Of a DNA stretch of 64,000 nucleotides, positions 60,970 to 64,000 are shown piece by piece. The stretch's first letter is position 1, and every line of letters begins with the position of its first letter. Location of the stretch: NCBI GenBank assembly GCA_051313645.2, contig JBNRSN020000009.1, forward strand, positions 126,542,001 through 126,606,000, in the 5' to 3' direction. The stretch is from Centroscyllium fabricii. Its lineage: Eukaryota. Under the pieces are notes generated by a model. The model was not told where the DNA came from. It was given only the letters and a program-made list of their open reading frames with translations, and did no database searches. The translations under genes were made by a program, and so were the position numbers.

Positions 60970-63900
60970 TGTGGTAATCATGATTACCATTGTATATAGT
61001 TGAGTTACACTACAGACCAGCATGTATAGTGGCTGGGTGCATTGTATATAGTTTTGTATAACGACACTGTCGCGAGGTCAGGTCAGCCACACCTCTAACT
61101 CCTCCCCTCAGGTGAGAGCCTTATAGGTGAGGTCTGACCTGCCCCCATTCATTCTGTACTCAATGTTCGACTGGAGACTGGCTCCATTCTAAAGTGATTA
61201 AAAGCCAATAGTTACGGTAACTACTCGTCTTTGTCTTATTGACGATACGTCAATTTTAATCACTTTAAATTTTCGAAATGGAGAGCGGCGCTGTGAAACC
61301 CGAAAAGCTGGATATTAATCCACAGGAACCAGACGCCGCCAATACGTTTGAACATTGGCTCAGCCTTGTCGAGGACTACATGGCGGCCGTCAAGGCGACG
61401 ACCGACGAGAACAAACTACACGTTCTCTCGTCCAGGATCACCAGCTGGGTGTACTCCTTCATCCGCGGCGCAACAACGTACGAAGAGGCCGTGGAGAAAC
61501 TGAAGGCATGCTACATGCGCCCGGTCCACTCGGTCTATGCCAGACACGTGCTGGCGACCAGACAACAATGGCTCGGTGAGTCGAATGAACAGTATCTGTT
61601 GGCGCTTCAAGCCCTCGCCCGGGCCTGTGACTGCCAGCCATGAATGGTGCAGGGAGACGAATCTCCTCGCTCGAGACGCCTACGTGACGGGGATCAGGTC
61701 CAGCCAGGCCCGCCAGCGGTTGCTGGAAAAAGAGACTTTATTACTGGAGGAGGCGATCTCCATCGCTAATGCAATGGATGGAGCACGTCGCAGGCTAGAG
61801 GCGTATAGCGGCCAAGGCCCACACGACACCCTCGATTCCTGGGCAGCCCCGTGACAGGTCGAAAACCCCACAATGGCAGCGGCAGCTGCGAAGACGCCGT
61901 CGGACAGAAAATGCTACTTCTGCGGCCAGGGACTGCGTCCGCGAGCGAAATTCCCCGCGAGGACCGCGACCTGTGAGAGACGTAGCAAAAAGGGACACTA
62001 CGCCAGGGCCTGTAAATCGGCCCCAGCGCCCAGCTCCAGACACAACAGCGCGGCCTGCGAGAGCTCCAACGTCATCACATGGCCTGAGGTAAGCTGCTGT
62101 TGCAGCGCGACCTAGCAGCGGTCCGGGGGTAGATTACAAGCGCCCCCGTCTCCCACCCTGATATGGCAGAGGCCGGCCGCGCACACGGCGCGGGCACCGC
62201 CACACCAAAGATGGCCGCGGCCGGCCATGGGCGACCCCCCAACGCCGGAACCTCGCCCAGCGCGGCCCGCTGCGTGCGAATCACGGGCGCTGCCAACTCG
62301 GCCACCGCGGCCCACCGCGTGCGAACCACGGGCACCGCCATCGCATCCACCGCGGCCCGCCGCGTGCTAATCACGGGCGCCGCCATCTTGTCTTCAGCGG
62401 CCAGCCATGTGCGACTCCCCGGCGCCGCCATCTTGTCCACCGCGGTCGGCCGCGTGCGAACCACGGGCGCCGCCATCTTGTGCACGGCCCCAACTAGCGG
62501 AGGGCCCCCCCACACACACACACACTTCGGCCTCAGCCATGGTCGACCAGGCTAGGCCGCACACCCTATCAAATTCCATGATGGGGATTAAAATTAACGG
62601 CCATATCACCAACTGCCTGTTCGACACCGGAAGCACAGAGAGCTTCATTCACCCCGACATAGTGCGGCGCTACGGACTGCAGACCCTGCCCACGCACTAC
62701 CAAATCTCCCTTGCTTCAAAGTCCCACACGGCGGACGTCACCGGCTACTGCTCCGTCACGCTCACGGTCAGGGACTGCATGTACCGTAATTTTAAACTGT
62801 ACATCCTCCAGCAGTTGTGCGCCCCAGTCTTACTGGGACTGGATTTCCACTGCCACCTGAAGAGCGTGACAATGGAGTTCGGCGGGACCCTGGCCCCCCT
62901 CGCCGTCAGTAGCCGGGACAATCCCTTCCTAAAGCGGAGCCCGACTTGCGGCCTATCCACCCTGAAAGTCGACCCCCCCTCGCTGTTCGCCAACCTCGAC
63001 CCCAACTGCAAACCTATTGCTACCAAGAGTCGGCGTTACAGTGCGGGGGACCGGGCATTTATCAGGTCGGAGGTCGGGCGTATGCTGCAGGAGGGGATAA
63101 TTGAAGCCAGCACTAGCCCCTGGCGGGCCCAGGTCGTAGTGGTTAAGACTGGCGAGAAACTGCGGATGGTGATTGACTACAGCCAGACCATTAACCGCTA
63201 CACCGGGCTCGACGCCTACCCACTTCCCCGCATCTCGGACATGGTTAACCAGATCGCCCAGTATAAGGTTCTCTCAACAATCGACCTTAAGTCGGCGTAT
63301 CACCAACTCCCGATCCGGAAAGCCGACCGCCAGTACACCGCCTTCGAGGCGAACGGTCGGCTCTACCACTTCCTCCGGGTCCCCTTCGGCGTGACCAACG
63401 GAGTGTCGGTATTCCAAAGGGAGATGGACCGTATGGTTGACCAGAATGGGTTGCAGGCCACTTTCCCCTACCTGGACAACGTGACCATCTGCGGCCATGA
63501 CCAGCAGGACCACGATGCCAACCTGGCCAAATTCCTCCACATGGCGAAACGGCTCGATCTCACGTACAATAAAGACAGTTGCGTCTTTAGTACAGATCGG
63601 CTCGCCATCCTCAGATACGTGGTGGAAAACGGGGTCCTCGGCCCCGACCCACAGCGTATGCGTCCCTTACAGGAACTCCCCTTACCTCACAACCCCAAAG
63701 CCCTGAGGAGATGTCTGGGATTTTTCTCCTATTACGCGCAATGGGTTCCCCAGTTCGCGGACAAAGCCAGACCGCTCCTCAAGGCTGCCGTCTTCCCCCT
63801 CTCGGTAGAAGCCCAAACAGCGTTCGCCCTGATTAAGGAAGATATTATCAAGGCGACCATGCATGCCGTTGATGAGTCCATCCCTTTCCAGGTGGAGAGT

Positions 63901-64000
63901 GACGCTTCGGACTTTGCCCTTGCCGCCACCCTGAATCAGGCAGGCAGGCCCGTAGCGTTTTTCTCCCGCACCCTACAGGGACCCGAAACTCGCCACTCTG
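60970..64000 (+). mobile_element. Ty3/Gypsy LTR retrotransposon C (same clade as A): 5' LTR 60970-61252, gag with stops, pol PR-RT-RH running off the window
   Basis: gag ATG 61278 (KPEKLD, ARHVLATRQQ, CYFCG..KKGHYARAC); PR CLFDTGS ~62615; RT KPIATKSRRYS, SPWRAQVVVV, DLKSAYHQ, PFGVTNG, YLDN; RH VESDASD. Confidence 0.93.
62260..62484 (+). repeat. 5 x 45-bp GC-rich tandem repeat in the gag-protease linker of Gypsy C
   Basis: Units start at 62260, 62305, 62350, 62395, 62440. Confidence 0.85.

Overview
Eukaryotic genomic DNA, almost certainly from a cartilaginous fish (shark/ray), inferred from HE1-type V-SINEs, a SacSINE1/DeuSINE relic and CR1/HER1-type LINEs. The window lies inside a minus-strand ITPR1 (IP3 receptor type 1) gene. 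Three coding exons (30044-30227, 26458-26711, 1431-1631) splice in frame with canonical AG/GT ends, and the gene continues past both edges. The rest is intron crowded with transposable elements: three Ty3/Gypsy LTR elements plus a solo LTR, many CR1 copies (one near full-length), a nearly intact Rex1/Babar LINE, Vingi, RTE, L2, Penelope-like elements with hammerhead ribozyme cores, V-SINEs and MITEs. One Gypsy element (5929-20453) is a multi-level nest of insertions. Main observation: two different Gypsy families lack a tRNA primer-binding site. At that position each carries a perfect 13-14 nt reverse complement of the segment of its own LTR spanning the ATTAAA poly(A) signal. The sequences differ between the families but the pairing is kept, and both RTs read YLDN rather than YxDD. 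This is a candidate tRNA-independent self-priming and/or poly(A)-occlusion system. Other observations: a SINE insertion carrying 71 bp copied from a locus 50 kb away, head-to-head fusions of different LINE 3' ends, a micro-inversion between sister LTRs, and a promoter-like island with a candidate microexon in the intron equivalent to the one hosting human EGOT. All coordinates were read by eye, and family names come from motif recognition, not database searches.
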